From Candidatus Bathyarchaeota archaeon (lineage in GTDB: Archaea > Thermoproteota > Bathyarchaeia > 40CM-2-53-6): DNA of 64,000 nucleotides. A model generated the notes under the pieces. That model searched no databases, was not told where the DNA came from, and saw only the letters and a program-made list of their open reading frames with translations. Of this stretch, positions 1 through 10,333 are shown in pieces (position 1 is the first letter of the stretch; each line of letters starts with the position of its first letter). A program made the translations under genes and the position numbers. The DNA lies in assembly GCA_963733055.1 (NCBI GenBank), contig CAVTBR010000003.1, positions 128,001 to 192,000 of the forward strand, given 5' to 3'.

Positions 1-200
1 AGGTTCTGCGATACCGCGAATCTATCAAGTTCAATGAAGCTTCCTTCGTCCAAAAGTAGGGCGAGCCTTTCGTGCGCGGTCAGTTTTCCTTTCTTATGTT
101 GCTCATCTATGCGCTCTTTTCCGCCCCCAAGTAGTGCTTTCTTAGAAAGTTCACGGAGCAGGTCAACGTTTTTCCCGTTGCTTGAATCCGATGCGTTCAA
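1..200 (-). CDS. Acyl-CoA carboxylase carboxyltransferase (beta) subunit, N-terminal part, runs off window start
   Basis: Manual translation from TTG at 200: [59 protein letters not shown]; GGG..RI..QH.KGKLTA.ER is the PccB/AccD N-terminal motif; adjacent to birA. Confidence 0.85.
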   Translation of the reverse strand, partial: MNASDSSNGKNVDLLRELSKKALLGGGKERIDEQHKKGKLTAHERLALLLDEGSFIELDRFAVSQN

Positions 201-290
201 ATCCTCTCAGCCAAACCCGTGCGCTTGTGAAATCTCGTCTCCATTCGTCATGGCTTATTAGGCTGTGGCAAGGTGGGAGACACTCGCCTT

Positions 291-1091
291 TTAGTTGCTT
301 TGATATTCAACGGAAAGGAGGACATTAGTGTCAACGGATTCTGGTCCCTGCGGTGTAAGTATTCGTACACGCCCAAGAGTCTCGTAGTCAACCACCATTC
401 CCCGGAGTTCGCGATTCTGCACTTTCAATCTAACACTCTTGCCCCGAGAGCACTCTAGCTTTCTGACCAGCGCGACAATTTTCTCTTCCTTGCCCGCACA
501 CAGCATCTCGTACAGGTTCTCGACCTCAAATAGGATGCGGCCAATTAAGGCCGCCCGGTCGATCGGCGTCCCAAGAAGTGACTGAAGAGTAGTTGCACTA
601 TCGAACGCGCCAATTGCGTCTGCGCTAAAGTTCGCATTTATGCCTAATCCTAGTATTGCATAATCTAACTCGCTTCCCTTTGATTTCGCTTCAACCAACA
701 CCCCAGCAATCTTTCGGTCTTCGACCACGACGTCGTTCGGCCATCGAACGCGCGCCTTGACTCTTAACTGCGAACTTACTGCTTCCACGATCGCGAGAGC
801 ACCTAACAAGGGAAGCGCATCTAGGAAGGCTTGACCACTACGTGGTCTAAGCAGAATGCTTAACCAAATTCCTCCGATTGGAGAAACCCAGCGTCTGCCC
901 AACCGTCCTCGACCAGCTGATTGCGTCTCTGTTATTGATACGTAACCATGACGTGCTCCCCGCTCTGCCGAGCGTTTGACCTCGTCGTTCGTTGAACCGC
1001 ATTCACTTGTGATTGAAATCTCTCTTCCCAGGTAGCGAGTTCTCAGGTTCCGTATTATGTCACGTTTCTCGAGTGGGTATGGGCTGCTCAA
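291..1091 (-). CDS. birA: Biotin--[acetyl-CoA-carboxylase] ligase
   Basis: STND, Q..GRGRLGRRWVSP, RWPNDV..RKIAGVL motifs. Confidence 0.95.
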   Translation of the reverse strand: MSSPYPLEKRDIIRNLRTRYLGREISITSECGSTNDEVKRSAERGARHGYVSITETQSAGRGRLGRRWVSPIGGIWLSILLRPRSGQAFLDALPLLGALAIVEAVSSQLRVKARVRWPNDVVVEDRKIAGVLVEAKSKGSELDYAILGLGINANFSADAIGAFDSATTLQSLLGTPIDRAALIGRILFEVENLYEMLCAGKEEKIVALVRKLECSRGKSVRLKVQNRELRGMVVDYETLGRVRILTPQGPESVDTNVLLSVEYQSN

Positions 1092-1291
1092 GTTGGCGTA
1101 TCCCTCAATTCTCGGCCCTATGTGGGTAGGAGGTCGTAATCGTTGCTTTCGATTGCCATCGCAAGCGCCCAGATTCGTTAAGGTAAACCCTGAGCACCTG
1201 TAGGATGGATATTGGCATGGTTCTGCACATCCGCATGCTTGCGACTCAAAATGCTTTATTTTACCTGAGTTGGTTTGGTTTCTGAGTTAAA

Positions 1292-2041
1292 ATGCAGAAA
1301 TCCGGTGGTCGCACTCCTACAGGCATATCTGGACTTGATGAAATTCTTGGGGGCGGGTTCCCTCAGGGTAGGGTTCTGTTGGTATTGGGAGAACCTGGGG
1401 CGGGAAAAACAATCTTCTGCTCTCAGTATCTCTATAATGGAATAACGAAGTTCGGAGAGAATGGCCTGCTCGTTAGTATGGAAGAGAATAGAACTCATTA
1501 CGATTGGGAAATGAACCAGTTCGGCTGGAACTTTGGATCCGTCGAGAAACAGGGCAAGTTCTCTTTCGTGGATGCTTCCCCAATACGAGCGATTCCCGGA
1601 GAAGTAAAAATTGGGAAGTTAACGATTGGTCGGCAAGATTTCTCATTGCTGAGCCTACTCAAGCTAATTCGAAACAATGCGAAATCCATAGGTGCGAAGA
1701 GAATCGTTGTGGACCCAGTATCCTTGCTGATATTTCAGTACCCAGACGAAACGCAACGCCGGAAGGCTCTCCTGGATCTTGTCGAGGCTATGACGGAAAC
1801 TGGCGCTACGTGCCTCTTATCCTCTGAGCTGCGGAGGGTTGGTTTGAAGGGCCGGACGCTGCAAACGGAGGAGTACCTAGTACACGGTGTGGTCCTGATG
1901 CAAACCATTGCGGCAGGAAGAACGATGGAACGCACGATCCAAGTCGAGAAAATGCGTGGGACTCAGATCGATCGACAGCCAAGACCTTATCGGATCACCG
2001 AGAAAGGAATTGAGGTCTACCCGAGAGAAAGCGTGATCTAA
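1292..2041 (+). CDS. KaiC-like/RAD55 family RecA-superfamily ATPase (single domain)
   Basis: TGISGLDEILGGG, Walker A GEPGAGKT, EKMRG motif. Confidence 0.9.
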   Translation: MQKSGGRTPTGISGLDEILGGGFPQGRVLLVLGEPGAGKTIFCSQYLYNGITKFGENGLLVSMEENRTHYDWEMNQFGWNFGSVEKQGKFSFVDASPIRAIPGEVKIGKLTIGRQDFSLLSLLKLIRNNAKSIGAKRIVVDPVSLLIFQYPDETQRRKALLDLVEAMTETGATCLLSSELRRVGLKGRTLQTEEYLVHGVVLMQTIAAGRTMERTIQVEKMRGTQIDRQPRPYRITEKGIEVYPRESVI

Positions 2042-2060
2042 GAACAGTTCCCTGAAAACT

Positions 2061-2378
2061 TTACTTTCTTGTTCTTCTTCGACTAGGGGTTCGGCTTCTG
2101 CGCGAACTAACGGAAGCGCTTGATGTGTCAGGAGTCGAATTCTGAACGGGCTCAGGTTCGAGAGGTGCTGGTGGAGGCGTCGTAAGCATGGTCCAACCGA
2201 TCCACCCGGATATCACAAGCACCAGAAGGACAAAGAGGAGAACAGGAATGCCAACCGCCCAGTCATGCCAGTACTGTGGCAGATTCATGACAGGAGCGAA
2301 AAAGGCTACCAAGTAGACGATAGCGACGACGATGGAGATCAGGAATATTACAAAACCGTAGCTTTGGTCTTTGCTCAT
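2061..2378 (-). CDS. Small two-TM membrane protein with basic tail, function unknown
   Basis: ORF track; two hydrophobic helices, WIGWTM.TTPPP motif. Confidence 0.7.
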   Translation of the reverse strand: MSKDQSYGFVIFLISIVVAIVYLVAFFAPVMNLPQYWHDWAVGIPVLLFVLLVLVISGWIGWTMLTTPPPAPLEPEPVQNSTPDTSSASVSSRRSRTPSRRRTRK

Positions 2379-2456
2379 TGGACGTCAGGTTCCCATCGCG
2401 AATACTTGCCGAAGCGAATATAAGCTTTGAGAAAAAGTGGGAGGTTTTTCGAAGCC

Positions 2457-4316
2457 TTACCCGATCTGTTTGTAGCCCGGTCTCTGGCTGATTAGCACGG
2501 GTAATTTCAAAGGCATTGAAGGGTACCCTTTCGTCGCCGCGGCTACCTCTTGGGCCAGAACAGCCACTGTCGAGGGATATTGTTTTCCGTCCATCCGCCT
2601 CCGAACCGCGACAACTTTTCCTTCTACCTCTCGCTTACCGACCACCGCAACGTAAGGTACCCAGTTCAACTCGGCGTCCCTCACGCGTTTATCGACGCTT
2701 TCGTCACGGTCGTCAATGTCGGCTCTAACATTGTACGCCGCTAATTGACTCGCGGTATCAGTTGCAATCGGCACGAATTCCGGTCTTAAGGGGAGGATTC
2801 GCACTTGGGTAGGAGACAACCATAATGGAAGGCTGGGTTTCTCATGTTTAGCTTCCGTCCTTGCGCACTGGTCAAGTATTGTGAATAGGTAGCGTTCCAC
2901 GGAACCTATAACTGCGGTGTGGATGATCGGGGGAAATTCTTTCTCGCTTCGTTCGTTGACGTATGATATCCCGAAACGTTTGGCGTTGCCGATGTCAATT
3001 TGAAATGTAGCGATCTCCCTCGGGCGCTCAAGCTCATCTATGATGTGGTATTCGATATTCAATACCCAGTAGTAGATTCCTTCTGGCACGAAGTTGAGTA
3101 GCGCGGGTTTACCTTCTCGTTTCACAAGTTTCATAACGTACTCTTTGTTCGCCTCAAGAAAACTCGACGTTATGTTGTATATGGACACGTAGTCTCTCCC
3201 AAGTTTCCCTATCTCTTGGTAGATTACTTCGTGGAGTTTGAGCGTAACTTCCATGGCTTCGTTCATGTTCTTGCAGTAGATGTGGCAGTCGGGCATGTGC
3301 AATTTTCTTAGGCGGAAGGACAGAAGGAGTTCCCCGCTTTGCTCGAGTCGGTAGGCGTCAGCAACTTCAAAAGTGCCAAAGGGAAGGTGGCGGTAACTTA
3401 GAGACCAATTTCGTACGGCCGAGAACTGCTGATGACACGCCGCATAGCGCATGACTAGGCTCTTGTTTTCTGCCTCAAGCCTGTAGAGCCTAGATCCAAA
3501 GAGGTCTGCGTGCTCCTTTACCGCGGGGACGGATAGGTCGAACATGTTAGTGCCTTTGACCTGTAGGATTGGGAGCCCGACTGCGTTTACTGCGTCCCAT
3601 GAGTATTGGCTGATCAGGTCGAAAATCATGACGCCCTCTGGGCTATAGCGCATGTGACCGTGGTCTGAGAAGTTCTCCCATTCGATGCCAAATTTCTTGC
3701 AGTATTCAAGATACTTGGGTGTTCCACCAGGCAGAGCCTTCTTCAACGCCTCTTTCTCGACCAAAGTTTTGAACGCCTCTTCTCCGGGCTTGAAGGAGTA
3801 TTCGCCGGGTTCGTACAAGCGTCCGTCGAGGTCCAGCACTTTGTAGTAGGTTTTGATGGGAGGGGCTTCGGCCTTTGCAGCTTCAGGTCTTATGGTTCGG
3901 GATAATTCTGAGAGAGGGTGTCCGATGCAGCTGAGGCTGAAACTCTTGTAGTATCCGAAGGGGCTCCGGTACACGGGCAACTCTTGGTTCTTGAGATTCT
4001 CTAATGACTCTTGGAGAAGTCGCACAGCGAGTGCGGGTGATGCTAGGCTACTGGACAGGTGCGCGTAAGGATACAGCAGTAGCTGACTTGCCTTTACCGA
4101 GCGCGCTACGTCGACGATAGATTGACAAGCTTTCTGAACGACCTCGCCTGGATTTGCTTCGTCTTCCTTCTCGACCGTGCAGAACGCGACTAAGACGTTC
4201 TTGAATTTCCCCGTTCGGTTATCCCCGATTGGTTCAGGGTTTTTGATAGCTTCTTTCCGTACCTCGTACTCAAAATTGTCACAGTGCAGAAGTAATAATC
4301 GCATACTGTCAATCAT
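2457..4316 (-). CDS. thrS: Threonine--tRNA ligase, archaeal type with N-terminal editing domain
   Basis: MRLLLLHCD N-terminus, YPYAHLS, PFGYYK, RYAAC, ATFQID, IIHTA..GSVER. Confidence 0.95.
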   Translation of the reverse strand: MIDSMRLLLLHCDNFEYEVRKEAIKNPEPIGDNRTGKFKNVLVAFCTVEKEDEANPGEVVQKACQSIVDVARSVKASQLLLYPYAHLSSSLASPALAVRLLQESLENLKNQELPVYRSPFGYYKSFSLSCIGHPLSELSRTIRPEAAKAEAPPIKTYYKVLDLDGRLYEPGEYSFKPGEEAFKTLVEKEALKKALPGGTPKYLEYCKKFGIEWENFSDHGHMRYSPEGVMIFDLISQYSWDAVNAVGLPILQVKGTNMFDLSVPAVKEHADLFGSRLYRLEAENKSLVMRYAACHQQFSAVRNWSLSYRHLPFGTFEVADAYRLEQSGELLLSFRLRKLHMPDCHIYCKNMNEAMEVTLKLHEVIYQEIGKLGRDYVSIYNITSSFLEANKEYVMKLVKREGKPALLNFVPEGIYYWVLNIEYHIIDELERPREIATFQIDIGNAKRFGISYVNERSEKEFPPIIHTAVIGSVERYLFTILDQCARTEAKHEKPSLPLWLSPTQVRILPLRPEFVPIATDTASQLAAYNVRADIDDRDESVDKRVRDAELNWVPYVAVVGKREVEGKVVAVRRRMDGKQYPSTVAVLAQEVAAATKGYPSMPLKLPVLISQRPGYKQIG

Positions 4317-4359
4317 TCCATTCTTGATTCTATCCTATCAGCCGAACAGTCCCTGGCCA

Positions 4360-4566
4360 TTAGGCTGAGAATCTCCATTTGTCAAGCTGTCTGTCTTTGC
4401 GGGTTAACTTCTTGAATTCGCGGTAATGTGGTTTGCAGAGGTACGCCCGGCGGGCGTTACCGATATTGATTCCGCTGTGAGCTACCTTATCCGTAGAGAT
4501 CGAACGAATCGCCGCAGCGCTGCAACCTACAACACTGCAATGCTGGCCCTTTGCGACTTTACCCAT
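4360..4566 (-). CDS. Small putative Zn-binding protein (C-x4-C...C-x2-H)
   Basis: ATG at 4566: MGKVAKGQHCSVVGC...YLCKPHYREFKK; directly upstream of thrS. Confidence 0.7.
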   Translation of the reverse strand: MGKVAKGQHCSVVGCSAAAIRSISTDKVAHSGINIGNARRAYLCKPHYREFKKLTRKDRQLDKWRFSA

Positions 4567-4640
4567 GGAAACCGCGTCTAGAAGACCGGAGGTGCTTGAA
4601 AAACTTCGTTTCGAATCATTTGGTGCGAGTAAAGGGAATA

Positions 4641-5201
4641 TCAGGCCCTCTTGTGGGCTCTCGGCCGCCGGCGTCGGTCGATGACGAGAACGCTCGAACA
4701 CAACGCAGTGACGATCCCAGCAACTAATCCGGAAGGGAATTCAGGGATAGCAGCAGGAGGGCCCAATTGGATCGTGGCATTGCCAACAGCCTTGTAGTCC
4801 AGTAAGTATGAACCTCCGGTGCCGCCCGCCCGGATCACGTAGACATCAATCCCGACATGCCACGTGCCATTGTTCCCTGGAGTCGTGGGCATGTTGTCTG
4901 TCGTAACTGTGAAATTTGTTGCGTTATATCCGATAGGAGTACTGTTTGATGACACGATCGATCCTGAAGGAGTGTCAACAATATCTACCCTGACTGAATA
5001 GTAGTCCTCGCCATTAGACACGCATGACCCGGCTAGGGTTGAGGTTATGAGAATACGCTGGCTGGGCGCTGCCTGTTGAGGGTATCCGTACGATACATTG
5101 CTGATCTGGCAACGAACCGCGAATACGCTAGGGTTTGATAGAAAGAGCGTGAAAGTTACAAGCAGTACTAAAACCGCATATGAAACGTGCCATGTACGCA
5201 T
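4641..5201 (-). CDS. Secreted protein with PEF-CTERM-like C-terminal anchor
   Basis: Signal peptide; C-terminal IPEFP + hydrophobic helix + RRRR. Confidence 0.75.
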   Translation of the reverse strand: MRTWHVSYAVLVLLVTFTLFLSNPSVFAVRCQISNVSYGYPQQAAPSQRILITSTLAGSCVSNGEDYYSVRVDIVDTPSGSIVSSNSTPIGYNATNFTVTTDNMPTTPGNNGTWHVGIDVYVIRAGGTGGSYLLDYKAVGNATIQLGPPAAIPEFPSGLVAGIVTALCSSVLVIDRRRRPRAHKRA

Positions 5202-5360
5202 TATAGACGCCTATCGTCATTTTCGTATCTTCGCGTATATGTATTACGTTCTGAAACAACGAATTTGCATCCTGCGAGCGACTTGTTCGCATGGTTTGGG
5301 AATAATGCGACTTCGAAATGTCCTTAAACGGTGTAGGTCATTCAACGCTTCCTGGTCAAA

Positions 5361-5957
5361 TTGTTAGGTAGGCTCCGAGCTAGGTACGAAGCAGCGATGC
5401 TCCCTATCGGGAAAAAGCTAGGAAAGATGGGAGTAACTCCGAACGCGATATCGACCGTTAGTCTACTCATAGCCATTCTAGCCGCAATTGCGTATGCGTC
5501 GAAGGCGCCGGTGTTAGGAGCCGTAGGCCTGTTGGGTTCAGGTTTCGTCGACATGCTGGACGGATCGGTCGCTAGAGCCACCGGGCTGGTTACTAGGTTT
5601 GGAGCGGTCTATGACCCGGTGCTGGATAGGTATGCGGAATTCGCCGTTCTGTTTGGCATGGGTTATGGTGGGTTGGTGAGTTGGGTTTGGGTAATTTTCA
5701 GTTTGTTTGGCATGGTTATGGCCAGTTACGTTAGGGCTAGGGCCGAGTCAGCGGGAGGCCTGGCGAGTTGCAGCGTTGGAATAGCTGAACGGCAGGAGAA
5801 GATTGTTCTGCTGTTGATCGGCTCTTTAGTTCAACCATTCTTCAATCTGGGATTATCGATATCAGTAATCGTGGTTGGAGTCTTATCCCACGTAACGGCT
5901 GCACAGAGGCTCCATTATACGTTGAAGCAAACCGCGGGGAGAAATGTGAATGTTTGA
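5361..5957 (+). CDS. CDP-alcohol phosphatidyltransferase (archaetidylinositol-phosphate synthase-like)
   Basis: TPN..S, D.LDG.VAR...G...D...DR motif. Confidence 0.9.
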   Translation: MLGRLRARYEAAMLPIGKKLGKMGVTPNAISTVSLLIAILAAIAYASKAPVLGAVGLLGSGFVDMLDGSVARATGLVTRFGAVYDPVLDRYAEFAVLFGMGYGGLVSWVWVIFSLFGMVMASYVRARAESAGGLASCSVGIAERQEKIVLLLIGSLVQPFFNLGLSISVIVVGVLSHVTAAQRLHYTLKQTAGRNVNV

Positions 5958-6877
5958 TTTGGTAGGGGTCGGAAATCCGGTTTACGACAGTATCATTACT
6001 CCGCTCTCCAAGACTAACGGCAGAGTTCTTTCCGGATGCAGCACGAATGCATGCCTCGCCTCGAAGAGGCTAGGTTTGGATAGGGTGGGCTTGGTCGGAT
6101 GTGTTGGCAATGATTATGGGGATAGATTCCGAGAGGACTTGAGAAAATATGGCATTGAGTCCAGAGTAGACTCGAGTGGTAAGGAAACCGGAGGATTCCA
6201 TCTCGTTTACGACTCACGTGGAGACAGAACCCTCGACGTGTTGGGTGTCGCCGCACCCATCAGCAGAAAGAACTTCAACGATGAATTTCTTCAAAGCAAG
6301 TTCACTCTCATCGGACCAATACTGGGCGAAGTTGACCTTCCATTAATCCAGTTCCTTCGATCGTCAACCTCGGGACGACTCTTCCTAGACCCTCAGGGCC
6401 TAGTGCGACGTATAGGATCGGATAAGCGAGTAATCCACGAATGCAATGTCGAGGATTTCAGGAAGATAGCAAGCCTAGTTGACGTCGTCAAACCCAACGA
6501 AACCGAGAGTGAAACGATAACCAAAGAGGTCGATCCCGTTATTGCCATTCGGCGACTCTCTCAGATGGGTGTGCGAGTTCCGATAGTTACCCTTGCGGAC
6601 CGAGGTTCGCTTTTGCTTGAGGGTAATAAATTGCATCATATTCCCCCATATCCCACAGAGGCTGTGGACCCAACGGGTGCGGGCGACGTCTACGGAGGGT
6701 CCTTCATAACAGAGTATCAGCGGCGGGGAGATTTGGTTGAAGCGGCGCTATTCGCGTCCGCTGGCGGCTTCAATGATGGTAGAGCAGGTAGGGCCGGATT
6801 TTCGCTTACCGAGGAAGGAGGTCGAAGATCGGAGAGACGCGATCCGTGACCGGTTAATCACGGAGACGTTGACTTAG
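5950..6877 (+). CDS. PfkB family carbohydrate kinase; apparent +1 frameshift near 6763
   Basis: DPQG, VKPNE.E, DPTGAGD motifs; removing one G at 6763-6764 restores FASAAASMMVEQVGP...TLT* ending at 6877. Confidence 0.85.
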
Positions 6878-7152
6878 TAGGAATAGTGTCGCTCTTCCTC
6901 GGACCTTACCTTGGAAAGCCCAAAGTGAACTGCGCAAGAGACGCAGTAAAATTTGATGACCTTCTGGCGCTGTATGTAGGTCCCGTGTGCTCTGAGTTTG
7001 CGTGCTAAGGACGGTTCGACCAATGACACCCATTGCGTGGCGCGCTTTGCCTTATCTCGTGGTACGGGCCTGCCACAGTTAGTGCACTGTATCATTACGC
7101 CTCGTCCTTTGCCGCCTTTGCTACGGCCCCGGGATTTCCGCTTCTTAGTCAA
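6874..7152 (-). CDS. rps26e: 30S ribosomal protein S26e
   Basis: MTKKRKSRGR, C..CGR.VPRDKA, YCVSCAVH. Confidence 0.95.
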   Translation of the reverse strand: MTKKRKSRGRSKGGKGRGVMIQCTNCGRPVPRDKAKRATQWVSLVEPSLARKLRAHGTYIQRQKVIKFYCVSCAVHFGLSKVRSEEERHYSY

Positions 7153-7215
7153 TCGTCATCTAATCGTGATAGGTCGATGGGGCGTGCTTAAACGTTGTTG
7201 TGGGACCCGAGGTTT

Positions 7216-8661
7216 CTAGTAGGAACGGGCGAAGTATGCAACTTTTGTAGCCGGTTTGCCGCAACGTACGCAGGTTGAGAATACTTCTTCGTCTTTCAAT
7301 GGGAGTGTTCGTATCGTTGCGCCAGTGTCATTCTTGATCGTTTCCTCGCATTCAGTTGACCCACACCAACATGCACGAACGAAGCCTCCCCGATTCTCCA
7401 CAGTCTTCTTGAATTCGTCGTAAGTGGTAACGGTGGTCACCGATTCTTGAAGGGCCTTTTTCGCTTTGGCGAAGAGATTGTTTTGTATTTCCAACAGACT
7501 CTTCTTGACCTCGTTAACCAAGTCGGTGTCTTTGACGCTCAATTTCTGCGAATTATCGCGCCTGACCAGTACTGACTGTTGATTCTGTACGTCGCGAGGT
7601 CCAATTTCGACGCGAAGCGGCACGCCTTTCATTTCCCAGTCATGGAACTTCCACCCTGGTGTATATTGATCACGGAAGTCCGCGTGAACTTCGATGCCTT
7701 CTTTCTTCAGCGCTTCAGCAATCGTCCGAACCTTCGTGGTAATCGCATCGGTTTGTTCCTGTTTGAAGTAGATCGGCACAATAACCACCTGAATAGGCGC
7801 GATTTGAGGAGGTATTACCAGTCCCTTGTCGTCGCCATGGAGCATTATCATAGCGCTAATCAGTCTCCAAGAGACTCCCCAGGATGCCGTCCACGCGTAG
7901 TGCATCTGCTCATCTTTACCGAGGTATTTGATTTCGAAGGGTTTTGAGAAATTCTGTCCCAGGTTGTGTGAGGTGCCCATTTGGATGGCCTTGCCGTCCG
8001 GCATCATTGCTTCCAGGGTGGTCGTGTACAGTGCGCCCCGGAACTTTTCCTTCTCGCTCTTGTAGCCTAACAGAACAGGTATCGCCATCTCGTCTTCAAT
8101 GATTTGCCGGTAGAATTCGAGGATCATCAATACCTCCTTGTCCGCGTCCTCTTTCGTTGCATGAACCGTGTGACCTTCCTGCCATAGAAACTCCGAGGTT
8201 CTGAGAAAGGGTCGAGTTGCAGTAATCTCCGAACGCAAAACCGAGTTCCAAAGGTTGATGAGTACGGGTAAATCACGCCAGCTCCGTACCCATTTGGAAT
8301 AAGCTTCGTTAACTATGGTTTCGGATGTGGGTCGAACAGCGAGTCTCTCTGCTAGCGGGTTCTCCCCGGATTGGGTGACCCAGAACACTTCGGGAGTGAA
8401 CCCTTTGAAATGAGTTGCTTCCTTCTGTAGATAACTTTCCGGTACTAGCAACGGGAAGTAGGCGTTCGAATGGCCGGTTTCTTTCAGTCTTCGGTCGAGG
8501 TGCTCCTTGATTTTGTCCCAGATAGAATATCCGTAGGGGCGAAGAATTATGAATCCTTTAACAGGCGCATAATCTGCCAGTTCGGCCTTGGTCACTATTT
8601 GCGTATACCACTCGGATAGGTCGGCCGCTTTCTTTGCAGTAATGCCAATTTCCTTACTCAA
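7216..8661 (-). CDS. proS: Proline--tRNA ligase (archaeal/eukaryotic type)
   Basis: RPTSET, FLRTSEFLWQEGHT, GTSHNLGQNF, C-terminal ARSY. Confidence 0.97.
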   Translation of the reverse strand: MSKEIGITAKKAADLSEWYTQIVTKAELADYAPVKGFIILRPYGYSIWDKIKEHLDRRLKETGHSNAYFPLLVPESYLQKEATHFKGFTPEVFWVTQSGENPLAERLAVRPTSETIVNEAYSKWVRSWRDLPVLINLWNSVLRSEITATRPFLRTSEFLWQEGHTVHATKEDADKEVLMILEFYRQIIEDEMAIPVLLGYKSEKEKFRGALYTTTLEAMMPDGKAIQMGTSHNLGQNFSKPFEIKYLGKDEQMHYAWTASWGVSWRLISAMIMLHGDDKGLVIPPQIAPIQVVIVPIYFKQEQTDAITTKVRTIAEALKKEGIEVHADFRDQYTPGWKFHDWEMKGVPLRVEIGPRDVQNQQSVLVRRDNSQKLSVKDTDLVNEVKKSLLEIQNNLFAKAKKALQESVTTVTTYDEFKKTVENRGGFVRACWCGSTECEETIKNDTGATIRTLPLKDEEVFSTCVRCGKPATKVAYFARSY

Positions 8662-8904
8662 AAGACAAACTTCCCCGAAAATTTGCGCAATTGTAAGACT
8701 AGTTGATCAGTGCTGTGGAACTAAAACACCGGAGACTTCCATATCAGCCAACTCAGCAATCCTGGCAAGGGGCTGTGTTGATATTTAGTGTTTGCCCGAA
8801 GCCACGACATATTGGACTCTGGCTTCGGGGGATGGGCGCTCAACGCTTCATGTGTTAGAACTAAGCCCTTTATTGTTCAACTGGCAAGTTCATTCCGGCA
8901 TTCT

Positions 8905-10326
8905 ATGTCGAAGAATATTCGAATCGAAAATGATTCACTCGGCCCGGTAGAAGTCCCACTCGAGGCATACTATGGGCCAGAGACCGCCAGAGCCATTCAG
9001 AACTTCCCCATCAGCGGTTTGAGATTGCATCCGGAATTCATCCGAGCCACAGTTCTCGTGAAGAAGGCTGCCGTCGAGGCACACGTTTCACTTGGACTAT
9101 TGGACGGCAAGATTGGAAAGGCAATCGTTACAGCGGCTGACGAAATTTTACAAGGAAAATTCATGGACCAGTTTGTTCTCGACGCCTTCCAAGCAGGAGC
9201 TGGCACATCACATAACATGAACGCGAACGAAGTTTTGGCCAATCGTGCAATCGAAATTCTAGGAGGTCACAAGGGAGAGTACAAGCTAGTGAGCCCGCAC
9301 GACCATGTGAATATCTCTCAGTCGACAAACGACGCGTACCCGACTTTTATCCGGGTGGCAAGCATGCTGCTGGCTACGCCGATGATCACGGCGATAAAGT
9401 CGCTAAGAGACTCCCTTGCAGAGAAGGCGAAGCGATTCGATTATGTGGTCAAGTCGGGTCGAACCCATCTTCAGGATGCGTCTGCCATTCGCCTCGCCCA
9501 GGAGTTCGAGGCGTGGGCGATCATAGTTGGTGACGACCTCAAAACTATCGAAGCATCCTTGGACAAGATATTAGAGCTCAATTTAGGTGGAACCGCTGTT
9601 GGGACTGGCCTAAACGCCGACCCTCGCTATGTACGGTTAGCGGTTGAGAACCTTGCGAGGTATACCGGCTTCAAATTCAGAGTTGCGCGTAATTTCGCGG
9701 CGTTAATGCAATCGATGGCTGACTTCGTCAACTTATCTGGTGCGCTGCGGACGCTGAGCTTGGATCTCACGAAAATAGCGAACGATATTCGCTTGTTGAG
9801 TTCAGGCCCGGCGACGGGTGTCGGCGAAATCATTTTGCCAGCAGTTCAACCAGGTTCATCAATTATGCCAGGGAAAGTCAATCCGTCTATCGCGGAGATG
9901 CTGAACATGGTATGCTTCGAGGTTATCGGAAACGACTTCACAACAATGATGGCGGCTCAGGCTGGGCAACTCGAACTCAACGTAATGATGCCCGTGATCG
10001 CCCACGACCTGACCCAATCACTCCTCATACTAACAAACGGAATCACCGTATTCACTAACCGCCTTGTCAGAGGAATTGAAGCAAACGAGAAGCGATGCGC
10101 AGAATTGTTCGAAAAGAGCGCAGGCATTGCTTTGGCGCTAAACCCTTTCATAGGTTACGAGAAGGCGGCCGAAGTGGCAAAGGAGGCCCTTAAGCGAGGG
10201 GTTTCTTTGCGGCAGGTGGTGTTGGAGAAAGGCCTCCTTTCGGAAGCACAGTTAGCAGAAATCCTAGATCCTTACGCTATGACAACGCCAGGAGTTCACG
10301 GTAAAGGAAAGGAAAAGGGAAAGTAG
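8905..10326 (+). CDS. Aspartate ammonia-lyase / class II fumarate hydratase family
   Basis: GAGTS.NMN.NE, SQSTND, GRTHLQDA, GSSIMPGKVN signature; ATG 8905 preferred over GTG 8788. Confidence 0.92.
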   Translation: MSKNIRIENDSLGPVEVPLEAYYGPETARAIQNFPISGLRLHPEFIRATVLVKKAAVEAHVSLGLLDGKIGKAIVTAADEILQGKFMDQFVLDAFQAGAGTSHNMNANEVLANRAIEILGGHKGEYKLVSPHDHVNISQSTNDAYPTFIRVASMLLATPMITAIKSLRDSLAEKAKRFDYVVKSGRTHLQDASAIRLAQEFEAWAIIVGDDLKTIEASLDKILELNLGGTAVGTGLNADPRYVRLAVENLARYTGFKFRVARNFAALMQSMADFVNLSGALRTLSLDLTKIANDIRLLSSGPATGVGEIILPAVQPGSSIMPGKVNPSIAEMLNMVCFEVIGNDFTTMMAAQAGQLELNVMMPVIAHDLTQSLLILTNGITVFTNRLVRGIEANEKRCAELFEKSAGIALALNPFIGYEKAAEVAKEALKRGVSLRQVVLEKGLLSEAQLAEILDPYAMTTPGVHGKGKEKGK

Positions 10327-10333
10327 GGGGCTC

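Noticed and set aside
1292-2041. Circadian clock system
   Set aside because: Single-domain KaiC-like ATPases are common in archaea; no kaiA or kaiB nearby.
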